From an uncultured delta proteobacterium (GTDB taxonomy: Bacteria; Myxococcota_A; Polyangia; Polyangiales; JAFGIB01): 64,000 bases of DNA. The notes under the pieces are model-generated. The model searched no databases and was not told the origin of the DNA. It saw nothing but the letters and a program-made list of their open reading frames with translations. The position numbers and the translations under genes are program-made. Each line of letters opens with the position of its first letter. Within the stretch, counting starts at the first letter, position 1. The DNA lies in NCBI GenBank assembly GCA_963778655.1, contig CAVZVA010000005.1, positions 448,001-512,000 of the forward strand. Reading direction: 5' to 3'. This document shows positions 10,556 through 20,089 of the stretch, one piece after another.

Positions 10556-11704
10556 GTGACGGCGGGTTGGCGCGGATGGATGCTGGCGTCGGCGATGGTC
10601 GCAGTGCTTGCGCTAGCGGCTTGCCCGGGGCGGCGGCCGTTTTGTCGGCTTGGAGTCGAGCACGAGATCGGGCGCACGCACGAGAAGCAGATCGACGCGG
10701 TCGCGCTGGGGGCGCTCGGCTCGCGCTTGATCGCGCTGTGGTCGGTGCCGCGCGGGCTGTACGCGCGCGCGCTCGACCTCGAAGCTCGCCCGCTGGCCGC
10801 GCCGCTGCGCCTGGGCGAGCGCTGCGAGGGCGGGGTCGCGGTGCTGGCGGACGGCGGCGCGTTTCAGGTCGCGTGCCTGCAGCATCCAGCGCGCGGCAAG
10901 CCTGGTGACCTCGGGGGCGTGCGATTGCTGCGCGTTGGTCCCGACCTCGGGCTGCAGGGCACGCGTCATCTGGGACGCGCGGGCAAGCTGAGTGAAGGCG
11001 TGGCGATGGCCCGCGGCTCCTCCGGCATCGAGCTGGTCTGGCACGATGCCTCGCCCGACGCCGAGCGCGTGTGGTGGGCTTCGCTGGGCGACGGCGGTGC
11101 CAGCGCCCGCGTCATCTCCGAGAAGGGTCGCCTCGCGGCCGCGCCGTCGATCGCCGCCTTCGACGGGCGCACCGTGACGACCTGGGCCGAGAACTGGCTG
11201 CAGCACGACAAGCTACAGACACGCATCGTGGCCTGGGAACGCCGCAGCCCGACGCGCACCCTGGTCACCGGTGTGCACGTGGCCGCCATGCCCGAGCTGT
11301 TCGCGCTCGGGTCGCAGCTCGTGCTCGGATACCGCGATCACCGGCCGCACCAGAAGATCGGCCTGTACCTGCAGCGCGTGCCCGCGCGCGGTCCGCTGCA
11401 CGGTAGCGCCGCGCGCGTGGGCCGCGCCGACGGCGTGGGCCGGCCCGCGCTGCAACCCTGCATGAACGGGCTGGTCGCAGCCACCCCGCGCACCTACGGC
11501 GGCGACTACTTCGTGGGCATCAACTGGCTCGACCCCACGTTGCACGCCCCGCGCGGCGAGCAACAGTTCTACGAAGACGCCCACGCCTTCACCCAGGTCG
11601 CCGCCGCCTGCACTCCTTCCCACGCCGTGCTGCTGATTGCCGAGTTCCCCCAGCTCTGGCGTGACAGCGCGGGCTTGCACGCGGTGCCGTACGCGTGCAA
11701 GTAG
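10556..11704 (+). CDS. Hypothetical lipoprotein, beta-rich/propeller-like
   Basis: Lipobox LAAC, repeated xxxW strands, GC3-biased frame. Start uncertain. Confidence 0.65.
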   Translation: MTAGWRGWMLASAMVAVLALAACPGRRPFCRLGVEHEIGRTHEKQIDAVALGALGSRLIALWSVPRGLYARALDLEARPLAAPLRLGERCEGGVAVLADGGAFQVACLQHPARGKPGDLGGVRLLRVGPDLGLQGTRHLGRAGKLSEGVAMARGSSGIELVWHDASPDAERVWWASLGDGGASARVISEKGRLAAAPSIAAFDGRTVTTWAENWLQHDKLQTRIVAWERRSPTRTLVTGVHVAAMPELFALGSQLVLGYRDHRPHQKIGLYLQRVPARGPLHGSAARVGRADGVGRPALQPCMNGLVAATPRTYGGDYFVGINWLDPTLHAPRGEQQFYEDAHAFTQVAAACTPSHAVLLIAEFPQLWRDSAGLHAVPYACK

Positions 11705-11935
11705 CCAGGCGCGGTCGCCGAGTCAGGAGCACTGCGGCCGCGCTCGCTCGGGTGCTCGGCGGGCCGGAGGCGCTCGCCGCTCTTGCCCAACCAAGCCGCT
11801 CGTGCCGACTACTTGCGCCAGGCGCCGCACTGGCCGAGGCCGGCGCCCGGGGGCGGGCACGCGCCGCGCGCTCGGAAGCGGCTCGCCTTGGCCGCGGGCT
11901 AGTGTTACAGGTCAGGACACGGCAAGGGAGATCTC

Positions 11936-14593
11936 ATGGAGCACTATCGATTGCTGATTGGGGGCGAGCTGGTGGACGCGGCCGACGGGGCTCGCAACGA
12001 GAGCACCGATCCAGGCTCGGGGGAGGTCGTGGCGACCTGCGCACGCGCCAGCGCACGTGAGGCCGAGCAGGCCGTCGATGCCGCGGCTCGCGCCTTCGAG
12101 GCGGGGCTCTGGCGCGGCCTCGATCCGAGCGAGCGCGCGCGCGTCATGATGGACCTGGCCGATCGCATCCAAGAGAAGGCGACCGAGATCGGCTTGCTCG
12201 AGGCGCGCGACAGCGGCGGCGTGATGCGACGCACGATCGGCGACGTCCACATGGGCGCGCGCTTGATCCGCAACCTGGCCCGCGCGGCGCAGCAGGACTT
12301 CCCCTGGATCACCGAGGTGCCTGAAGCGAGCGGGCCGCTGTTTCCCAGCCGGCACTACATTCGGCGCGAGCCGATCGGCGTGTGCGTGGGCATCGTGCCC
12401 TGGAATTTCCCCTTCACCATGGGCATCTGGAAGGTCGCCATGGCCGCGCTGATGGGCAACAGCGTGATCTTGAAGCCCGCCAGCGACACGCCGCTGTCCG
12501 CGCTCGCGCTGGCCCGCATCGTCGCCGAGTCCAAGATCCCCAAGGGCGTCATCAACATCATCGCAGGTCCGGGCGGCACGCTCGGTCAGGTGCTCTGCAC
12601 CCATCCCAAGGTCGACAAGATCGCCTTCACGGGCTCGACCGAGGTGGGCGCGCAGATCATGGCGATGGCCTCGCGCACGGTGAAGAAAGTCACGCTCGAG
12701 CTCGGCGGCAAATCCGCGAACATCGTGCTGCCCGATGCCGATCTCGACTCCGCGGTGGACGGCGCGATCCTCGGCTCGTTCCTGCACTCCGGCCAGGTGT
12801 GCGAATCGGGAACCCGGCTGTTGTTGCCGGACTCGCTGTACGACCAGTTCATGCAGAAGCTGCGCGCGCGCGTGGAGCAGATCCGCGTCGGCTACCAGCT
12901 CCATCCCAAGACCAAGATGGGCCCGCTGGTCAGCAAGAAGCAGCTGGCCACGGTGGCCGAATACGTGCGCATCGGGCGCGAGGCCGGCGCCGAGCTGGTG
13001 ACCGGCGGGCACGAGGTGGAGGTCGAGGGCTTTTCCAAGGGCTGCTACTACGCGCCCACGATCTTCGGCGACGTCGGCAACGACGCACGCATCGCGCAGG
13101 AAGAGATCTTCGGCCCCGTGCTGAGCGTGATTCGCTACCAGAGCGAGGACGAGGCCGTCGCCATCGCCAACGACTCGGTCTACGGGCTCGCGGGCGGCGT
13201 CTGGTCGCGCGACGTCGCGCGCGCCGAACGCGTGGCCGCGCAGATCCGTACCGGTACGATGTGGATCAACGACTACCACGTGTTCAGCGACCTCGCGCCG
13301 TTCGGCGGTTACAAGCAGAGCGGGGTCGGCCGCGAGCTCGGGGTGTGGGGACTCGAGGAGTACACCGAGGTCAAGCACGTTCACATCGGCTCCGAGGGTC
13401 ACCCGGCGTTGCGTCCGGGCAACCGCTTGCTCATGAGCTATCCACGCACGACCGGCTTCAGCTGGAACGGACCGACCAAGCTCACGATCGGCGCGGGCAG
13501 AGCCTCGGCAGTGGCCGAGGAGGTGATGCACCTCGGGGTCAAGCGTGTGCTGCTGCTGAGCGATCGCGGGATCGAGCAGACCGGCTTGCTGGCGCGCGTG
13601 CAGGGCGCCCTCGGATCGATGCTGGCCGCGACTTTCCTCGACGTACCGCAGGACTCGAGCCTGGCGACGGTCGACGCCGCCAGCCTGCTCGGGCGCGAGG
13701 CCGGTGTCGACGGCGTGGTCAGCGTGGGCGGCGGAAGCGTGATCGACACGGCCAAGGCGGTGGCGGTTTGCCTCGGCGCGGGCGGCAAGGCGATCGATCA
13801 CGTCGGCGTACACATGCTGCGCGGCAAGCCTGTGCCGCACGTGGTGCTGCCGACCACCGCGGGCACGGGCAGCGAGGTCACCAACACCGCGGTGATCCAT
13901 CACGCCGAGGCGGGTCGCAAGGTGTACATCCTGGCCGACAGCTTGATCCCCGACACCGCGATCCTCGATCCCATGCTGACCGTGGGTCTGCCGCGCGGCC
14001 TCACGGCCTCGACCGGGATGGACGCGCTCACCCACGCGATCGAGGCGGTGGTGAGCAAGACCGGCAATCCGATCAGCGAAGGGCTTGCGCTGCAGGCAAT
14101 CCGCATGATCGCGCAGCGGTTGCCCGAAGTGATCGAGCACCCCGACAACCTGGAGGCCCGCGTGCAGATGCAGCTGGCCTCCAGCATGGCCGGCTGGGCG
14201 TTTTCGGTCGCGGGCGTGGGCCTTGTGCACGGCATGTCGCACGCGCTCGGCGCTCGCCAGCGCGTCCCACACGGAACGGCCAACGGCATCCTGTTGCCCC
14301 ATGTCATGCGCTTCAACGTCGAGGCAGCCGGCCCGAAGCTCGCGCAGGTCGCGCGCGCGCTGGGCGTGCAGGAAGCCGCGGGCGAGTCCGAGTTGGCGAT
14401 GCTGGGCGCGGCCGCGGTGGCCACGCTGCTCGCGCGCATTGGGCACCCGCTGCGGCTGTCGGAGGTCAAGGTCGAGGCCAACGACCTGGAGAATTGCGCG
14501 GAGCTGGCGTTGACCGACGGTGCGACCAGCACCAATCCGCGCGCGCTGCGCTCTGCGGCGGAGATCGTCTCGGTGTACCGCCAGGCGATCTGA
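11936..14593 (+). CDS. Aldehyde dehydrogenase / iron-containing alcohol dehydrogenase fusion
   Basis: ALDH motifs PWNFP, FTGSTEVG, LELGGKS, GQVCESG, EEIFGP, PFGGYKQSG. Fe-ADH motifs GGGSVIDTAK, PTTAGTGSE, GMDALTHAIE, HGMSH...HG. Single 885-aa ORF with GGGAG RBS. Confidence 0.93.
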   Translation: MEHYRLLIGGELVDAADGARNESTDPGSGEVVATCARASAREAEQAVDAAARAFEAGLWRGLDPSERARVMMDLADRIQEKATEIGLLEARDSGGVMRRTIGDVHMGARLIRNLARAAQQDFPWITEVPEASGPLFPSRHYIRREPIGVCVGIVPWNFPFTMGIWKVAMAALMGNSVILKPASDTPLSALALARIVAESKIPKGVINIIAGPGGTLGQVLCTHPKVDKIAFTGSTEVGAQIMAMASRTVKKVTLELGGKSANIVLPDADLDSAVDGAILGSFLHSGQVCESGTRLLLPDSLYDQFMQKLRARVEQIRVGYQLHPKTKMGPLVSKKQLATVAEYVRIGREAGAELVTGGHEVEVEGFSKGCYYAPTIFGDVGNDARIAQEEIFGPVLSVIRYQSEDEAVAIANDSVYGLAGGVWSRDVARAERVAAQIRTGTMWINDYHVFSDLAPFGGYKQSGVGRELGVWGLEEYTEVKHVHIGSEGHPALRPGNRLLMSYPRTTGFSWNGPTKLTIGAGRASAVAEEVMHLGVKRVLLLSDRGIEQTGLLARVQGALGSMLAATFLDVPQDSSLATVDAASLLGREAGVDGVVSVGGGSVIDTAKAVAVCLGAGGKAIDHVGVHMLRGKPVPHVVLPTTAGTGSEVTNTAVIHHAEAGRKVYILADSLIPDTAILDPMLTVGLPRGLTASTGMDALTHAIEAVVSKTGNPISEGLALQAIRMIAQRLPEVIEHPDNLEARVQMQLASSMAGWAFSVAGVGLVHGMSHALGARQRVPHGTANGILLPHVMRFNVEAAGPKLAQVARALGVQEAAGESELAMLGAAAVATLLARIGHPLRLSEVKVEANDLENCAELALTDGATSTNPRALRSAAEIVSVYRQAI

Positions 14594-14854
14594 CGCTCGC
14601 GATTGCCACTGGGCCCGCCGGCTGCTCCGCGCCCGGGCTCAGTGCTGACCTCGACCGGTGGCGCGGCTTGCGTACGACAGAGGAAACCTACCCTGGGTAG
14701 GGTCCGGCTCGTGCAACCCGGGCCAGCTGGGGCTGGTGCTTGGCACAGCCAGCGCCCACCAGAAGCGCGATCAGCATCACGCGGCAGACGCTCACCGGAC
14801 GATCATACACGACGGGTTCGCACCGTTATCCCACTGTGTCTGCGTCGCGCTCAC

Positions 14855-15763
14855 ATGAGCCCGCGTTCTGGTGCCGCCTGGCTGCCATTGCTCGGGACTC
14901 GCGCTAGGCTGCTTGGTGTGTGGCCCTCGCGCGCGCTGTGGATGATCGCGTCGTGCGCCGCGATCAGCGGGGCGTGTGCCGGCGCGCTGACTCCGATGCG
15001 GCCGGGGCTGCGCTCGCAACGCGCGCGTACCGGCATTGCCGGGCTGGCCTCCCCCGCCGCGACCGCCGCCGCACAGCCCGCGAGCCCGCCGCAGGACCTG
15101 TACGTGCACTGCGACGACCGCGACGACTGCCCGAGCGCGGTCGGCATGCTGGTGGTCGACGACCAGCCGGGACAAGAGCCCGAGCGCTGCACCGTCAGCC
15201 TGATCGCGCCTGATCGCGCGCTGACCGCGAGCCATTGTCTGTCCCCGCGCGAGCGGCACGCCGGAGCCGGCTGCGCCCGTACCTGGGTGCTGTTTCCGGC
15301 CACCCAAGACGCTCCCGCTGAGAGCGTGGCCTGCGCGCGCGTGTTGTTCGCGGCCGAGGTCGTCGACCAGAGCGCGCTGCACCAGGAGCACGCCGAGCTG
15401 CAGCTGGCGCGGCCGGTGGCGCGCGTGCCGCTGGCGCTCAGCGCGGCTCCGCTGGAGCCCGGCAGCATCGTCACCGTGGTGTCGGTCACCCCGCACCCCA
15501 TATACGGCAGCACGCACGCGCTGACCACGCGGCTGTGCCAGACGATCGACCCGCAGGCGGCGGAGGATGCGCTCGGCCCGGCTGCCGGCAACGTCGGCTG
15601 GCTGGCCGGCTGCCCGATCGCGCGCGGCAACTCGGGCTCGCCGGTACTCGACGACCAGGGTCGCATCCGCGCGATCGTGCACGGCGGCACGTCGACCAGC
15701 TCCGCGTTCGCGGTAACCAGCGCGCTTCTTTCGGCGCGTCTCGGGAACCCGGGCATGCGCTAA
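14855..15763 (+). CDS. Secreted trypsin-like (S1) serine protease
   Basis: C-T-V-S-L...LTASHC and GNSGSPV. N-terminal hydrophobic segment. Start uncertain. Confidence 0.8.
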   Translation: MSPRSGAAWLPLLGTRARLLGVWPSRALWMIASCAAISGACAGALTPMRPGLRSQRARTGIAGLASPAATAAAQPASPPQDLYVHCDDRDDCPSAVGMLVVDDQPGQEPERCTVSLIAPDRALTASHCLSPRERHAGAGCARTWVLFPATQDAPAESVACARVLFAAEVVDQSALHQEHAELQLARPVARVPLALSAAPLEPGSIVTVVSVTPHPIYGSTHALTTRLCQTIDPQAAEDALGPAAGNVGWLAGCPIARGNSGSPVLDDQGRIRAIVHGGTSTSSAFAVTSALLSARLGNPGMR

Positions 15764-15808
15764 ATCAGAGTTTGTGATTCGATCCCGAATCGCGAACTCT
15801 GATTTAGC
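15759..15808. repeat. AT-rich near-perfect palindrome overlapping the TAA stop
   Basis: GCTAAATCAGAGTT-TGTGATTCG atcc CGAATCGCG-AACTCTGATTTAGC. The outer 14 bp are perfectly complementary and the remainder pairs with G-U. Confidence 0.85.
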
Positions 15809-15928
15809 TGTCTGCATGCTGGCGCTGTGAGCGCGCGCCCATTCCGATGGCGCGCATGGCCCAACAGGCGTGCGCCTGACCGCGCTCGTGGTCGCTGGCG
15901 GATTCGACGAGTCGTGTAGGATAGGCGC

Positions 15929-17386
15929 ATGGGAGGTCGACTTCTCCGCGACCCGAAGCCTGGTCTGGCCGCAGCGCGCGCTTGGGCGTGCTGGGTGTTG
16001 CTGGTCGCGGGCGCCTGCTCCGGCTCGTCGGGGCCCAGCGGCACGCTCGCGGAGCGGGATGCCGGCGGGACGCGCACCGCGACGAGCGATGCAGGATCGG
16101 GGCGCGCCATCGGGCGTGCTCAGGCAAGCAGCCTGGATGCGGGCGGCCCGCCCGCGGGCGATGCGGGGGCGAGCTCCGACTCCGACTCCGGTTCCGATGG
16201 AGGACCCGTACGCCACGTCGCGCTCGCCTCGACCGGCGCGCAGCTACTGGTGAGTGGCCCCGACCTCGGCCTTCAGCTCACCGACGCCGATCTGGCGCAG
16301 GATGCCGACGTGATCGCGATCCACCAGGAGTTCTACGGCGTGCCGTGGGACGCATTCGAAGCGAATACAGACCCGCCGCCGGAATGGACGCAGCGCATGC
16401 AAGCGCTCGCGCGGAGCGCCAAGACCGCGGGGCGGCCGGTGTTTCTGTCGATCACACCGCTCAACGGGGACCGCAAGACCCTCGCGGCCCGCACGCGCAT
16501 CGACAACGGCGCGATCAAGACCGACGATAACTGGGCGGCGCCCTGCTACGACTTCGCGTCCGCACCCGATGCGGCCCAGAAGCAGCGGGCCTACCTGCGT
16601 TATCTGCGTCAGATGATGGCGTGGTTCGAGCCGCGCTGGCTCAACCTCGCGGTCGAGATCAACCTGTTCTTCGAGAAGTGCCCCAGCGCGGCGCCCGGTC
16701 TGGTGGAGCTCGAGCAAGCTGCCTATGACGCGGCCAAAGCGCAGGACCCTCGCATTATCGCATTTCCGTCGATCCAAATCGATCATCTCTACGGTTACTC
16801 GACGGACAGCTGCGCGGATCCCGCCATGCGCGACCAGTGCTTCAAGCAGGCGCTCGCGCAGGTTCAACCCCTGGCAGGCGACCGCTTCGCGATGTCCTCC
16901 TATCCCTACCTGCAGGGCCAGCAAGTGAGCGACCTGCCGGCCGACTGGTTCGTGCGTGCGGCAAACATCCTAGGCGAGCCGCCGCTGATCGCCGAGACGG
17001 GCTGGCTGTCGACCGATCTGAGGGCGCAGCTCAACGGGAGCTGCCAAACGCCCGTGTACGGCAGCTCGGAGGAAGCCGCCAACTACCTGGCTTACGTGCT
17101 GGACGCGGCCGACGCACACGGTATCGAGCTCGTCACCTGGTGGTCCGATCGCGACCTGCTTCCCACCCGGCTCATGACCGATTGCCCGTGCTCGCTCAGC
17201 TCGGAATGGTGCAGCGTGGTCGACACCTTCCGTATGGCCGCAGGCGCAGATCCGCAATCGGCGTACGTCGGCGAGATCTTGCTCAAGGCCTTCGGGACCA
17301 TGGGGCTGCGCGACTACGATGGAGTGCCCAAGCCCGAGCTGATGTCGCGCTGGAGCGCTGCGCGCGTGCTGCCGCTCGTGTTGTGA
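15929..17386 (+). CDS. Lipoprotein with putative clan GH-A glycoside hydrolase TIM barrel
   Basis: Lipobox AGAC, DAG linker, WLNLAVEIN, MSSYPY, PLIAETGW, VTWW, MGLRDYDG.PKP. Confidence 0.65.
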   Translation: MGGRLLRDPKPGLAAARAWACWVLLVAGACSGSSGPSGTLAERDAGGTRTATSDAGSGRAIGRAQASSLDAGGPPAGDAGASSDSDSGSDGGPVRHVALASTGAQLLVSGPDLGLQLTDADLAQDADVIAIHQEFYGVPWDAFEANTDPPPEWTQRMQALARSAKTAGRPVFLSITPLNGDRKTLAARTRIDNGAIKTDDNWAAPCYDFASAPDAAQKQRAYLRYLRQMMAWFEPRWLNLAVEINLFFEKCPSAAPGLVELEQAAYDAAKAQDPRIIAFPSIQIDHLYGYSTDSCADPAMRDQCFKQALAQVQPLAGDRFAMSSYPYLQGQQVSDLPADWFVRAANILGEPPLIAETGWLSTDLRAQLNGSCQTPVYGSSEEAANYLAYVLDAADAHGIELVTWWSDRDLLPTRLMTDCPCSLSSEWCSVVDTFRMAAGADPQSAYVGEILLKAFGTMGLRDYDGVPKPELMSRWSAARVLPLVL

Positions 17387-17494
17387 GGCTACCTACGTCG
17401 CGGCGCTCGGCGTGGTCGCTCCCTCTGGCCTGCAGCGCGGTTTCATCACGGCGATGCGTTGGCTGGTCGAGCCCGCTGGCATCGCTCTCGCGCC

Positions 17495-18532
17495 TCAGTC
17501 TTCGGAGGTGTCCCAGGCAGCACGGTAGTTGAGGCCGAGGTTGAGGATGCGCTGCAGCAGCTCCGGGTAGCCGACACCTTCGGCCTGCGCGCTGCGGGCG
17601 AAGTCCTCTTCCTTCTGCAGGGCGGGGTTGGGGTTGGCCTCGAGCGCGTAGACATCGCCGTTCGGCGCAAGCCGCAGGTCCATGCGCGCGTAGCCGGTCA
17701 GGCGCAGCACGCGATAGATGCGGGTGCACATGCGTGCGATGTGCTCGGGTGCACCTCCCGGCAGGTCGACTGCTTGCTGCGTGACGATCTTGTACTTCTT
17801 CTGGTATGCGAGGTCCCACTTGACCTTGCGCGTGGCGATGCGCGGCACGTGCTCCGGCAGCTGATCCAGCCCCAGCTCCCAGATCGGAAATGTGTGCAGC
17901 CGCTCGTTGCCCACCACGCCGACGTAGAGCTCGCGGCCCTCGACATACTCTTCGGCGATCACGTCGCTGCCGAAGGTCTCGTGCATGAACTCGACCCGCT
18001 CTTTGAGCTTCTCGTCGCTGGTGACGAGCGAGGCCTGCGCGATGCCGAGCGAGGCCTCCTCGTTTAGCGACTTGACCACGATCGGATAGGGCAGCTTGGC
18101 CGGTTTGCGCGCCTTCTTGCCGACTGGAAACACAGCAAAGCGCGGGACGCGGATGCGGTGATAGGCGAGCAGCTCCTTGGACAGCCCCTTGTCGCGCGCG
18201 AGCATCAAGCCGCGCGGGTTACAGCCGGTGTAGCGCTTGCGCAGCAGCTCCAAGTAGCCGACCACGTGCTGGTCGTAGATGGCGACACCGTCGAAGTCGA
18301 CCAGCAGGTTGAAGGCGATGTCCGGCTGGAGCTCGCTGAACGCCTGCCGGATCGGGCGCAGGTCTCCCCCGACCGGCAGCTTGAGCACCTCGTGCCCGAG
18401 CTCCTGCATGCCTTCGATCACGTCGAGCTCGGTCTGGAACTCGGCGATCTGCTTGTCGGAGCAGCCCTTGAGGTCGGAGGGGGGGACCAGCTCTTCGTGC
18501 AACAACACCAGAACCTTGAGCCGTTTTCTCAT
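17495..18532 (-). CDS. D-Ala-D-Ala-ligase-like ATP-grasp enzyme
   Basis: YTGC..GLMLARDK, YPIVVKS..EEASLGI, EEYVEGRELYVGVVGN, GYARMDLR, LEANPNP. Confidence 0.88.
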   Translation of the reverse strand: MRKRLKVLVLLHEELVPPSDLKGCSDKQIAEFQTELDVIEGMQELGHEVLKLPVGGDLRPIRQAFSELQPDIAFNLLVDFDGVAIYDQHVVGYLELLRKRYTGCNPRGLMLARDKGLSKELLAYHRIRVPRFAVFPVGKKARKPAKLPYPIVVKSLNEEASLGIAQASLVTSDEKLKERVEFMHETFGSDVIAEEYVEGRELYVGVVGNERLHTFPIWELGLDQLPEHVPRIATRKVKWDLAYQKKYKIVTQQAVDLPGGAPEHIARMCTRIYRVLRLTGYARMDLRLAPNGDVYALEANPNPALQKEEDFARSAQAEGVGYPELLQRILNLGLNYRAAWDTSED

Positions 18533-19548
18533 CGCGCCAGCCGATCGTGCCCTGCGGAGATGTACCGCGCCAGCTGGACCGCAACGCGGCGCGTACGCTG
18601 GTTTTCGGTTTGCGTTAGACCGTTGCGTACCACAAGGTCGAGCGCTTCGCTGCGCTCGATCATTTCGCGCAACACGCGATCGATCTCGTAGCGCCGCGCG
18701 CCGGTCTGCTCTGCAACAGCCTTGCGCAGCATGGGGCTTCGGCGCTGCAAGTAGATTGCTGCGCCGAGGCCGTTGGCACCGGGCTTGCGGGCCGCAAACA
18801 GGCGCTTGAGGTCACGCTCGTAGGCATGCTTGAGGTTGACGCCGTAGCGGCGTCGCTTGTTCTCGTAGTACTCGGCCAAGGTCTGGGTCAGCGCGTGAAG
18901 CGGCTCGACTTGCTTCTTCGAGCGTACGGGCGGGCGCCGGCCTGCGAGCTCGCGCATCAGCCGGTCGACGTACCGCAGCTTGCGCATCGCGGGCCAACCC
19001 AGATAGCGAGTCCGCCAGCTAGAGCCCGGGTCGAGCCAGACCGCCACGGTCTCGGCGAAGTCCTCGGCAGGATGGCTCTGGGCGTACCAGTTTTCCAGGT
19101 GGCGCACGTAGCGGCGGCTGTACGGCTTGGGCTTGTAGTGACGGCGGTATGGCGCGTCGAACGAGCCGAACACCTGCTCCCAGTCAGGGCGTTCGTGAAT
19201 GCGATAGGCCGAATCGAGCGCGTGGCCGGCCTCGTGGCGCAGCAGCCTCAGGAACGAGCGCGGGCTACCGCCTTCGACTTGACGCATCTGCTGGGCCTCG
19301 AGTGCCTGCAACCGTGGGTGCGCGAGATAGAACGCGATCGCGAAGCCGGGGACCCCGTCCGGTGAGAACCACTCGGTCGACAGCCAGATGTGCGGCACGA
19401 ACAGCAGGCCGCGCCGCGCCAACTCGGGGTAGATCTGCTGCGCCCGCGCCTCCAGCTCCGAGCCCTGCAGCCGCAGCCCAAGGTCGCATAGCCGGGTCCC
19501 GAGCAGCGCCCGCGTCGACAGCTCTGAAAGACTCCGTTCCCGGCCCAT
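18529..19548 (-). CDS. Putative zinc-binding metallopeptidase (zincin)
   Basis: LRHEAGHA (HExxH), YAQSHPAEDFAETVAVWL, KLRYVD. 4-bp ATGA overlap with the ATP-grasp gene. Confidence 0.85.
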   Translation of the reverse strand: MGRERSLSELSTRALLGTRLCDLGLRLQGSELEARAQQIYPELARRGLLFVPHIWLSTEWFSPDGVPGFAIAFYLAHPRLQALEAQQMRQVEGGSPRSFLRLLRHEAGHALDSAYRIHERPDWEQVFGSFDAPYRRHYKPKPYSRRYVRHLENWYAQSHPAEDFAETVAVWLDPGSSWRTRYLGWPAMRKLRYVDRLMRELAGRRPPVRSKKQVEPLHALTQTLAEYYENKRRRYGVNLKHAYERDLKRLFAARKPGANGLGAAIYLQRRSPMLRKAVAEQTGARRYEIDRVLREMIERSEALDLVVRNGLTQTENQRTRRVAVQLARYISAGHDRLAR

Positions 19549-19653
19549 TCCTGCCGGACATTCTCGAGCGCAACCCTTTCGCGTACAACCCGCCAGCGCG
19601 ATTTTGAGCCTCATAGCCGGGCTGGTCGGCCATGCTTGGCGCACAATTGCGCG

Positions 19654-19903
19654 GTGCGGAGCGAACCGACGGCGAAGCCGAGCGGGGTGCTGCTGCGGCC
19701 AGCGCTCTTGCTCTGCGCGCGGGTCGGAGCGGTCTACCTGCCGAGCCTGTGGGCACCGTTCATCTACGATGACTACGGCGCGGTCGTGGACGACGCGAGC
19801 ATCCGCCTGGTCCCGCTCGGCCCGGCGCTGCGGCCGCCGCCGGACACGCCGGTCAGCGGCCGGGCGCTGCTCAATCTCAGCTTCGCCTGAGCCACGCGTT
19901 CGG
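19654..19903 (+). pseudogene. 5' fragment of a TMTC-like/GT-C membrane glycosyltransferase gene
   Basis: YLPSLWAPFIYDD...SIR...PVSGRALLNLSFA then TGA. A one-base shift continues as LSHAFG, after which similarity is lost. Confidence 0.6.
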
Positions 19904-20089
19904 TGTTTGCCAGGTCACGAAAGGTCGTGCGCGGAGCGGCACTCTCGCGCAAAGCCTTCGTGCCCGCTTGTCGTTTGCGTGTCGGTTGAGGCACCACGCA
20001 CCGAAACGCCTTGACTCGATGATCGTGAGGCAGCTATGCCGGCTTCCCGGGGTAGTCGGTCTGGGGATCCACACACAGCGGAGAGTTTG

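Noticed and set aside
11912..14446. 844-aa antisense ORF and many similar long ORFs (223-2499, 44594-47323, 48815-50908, 57440-60067)
   Set aside because: Shadow frames of well-supported genes. High GC suppresses stops, the products are Arg/Ala/Gly-rich and they have no motifs.
19637..19651. TGGCGCACAATTGC as a sigma-54 promoter
   Set aside because: GG-to-GC spacing is 9 nt, not the required 10.
19888..19890. TGA as possible selenocysteine or readthrough codon
   Set aside because: Family-like sequence resumes in a shifted frame rather than in frame, and no convincing SECIS-like hairpin was seen.
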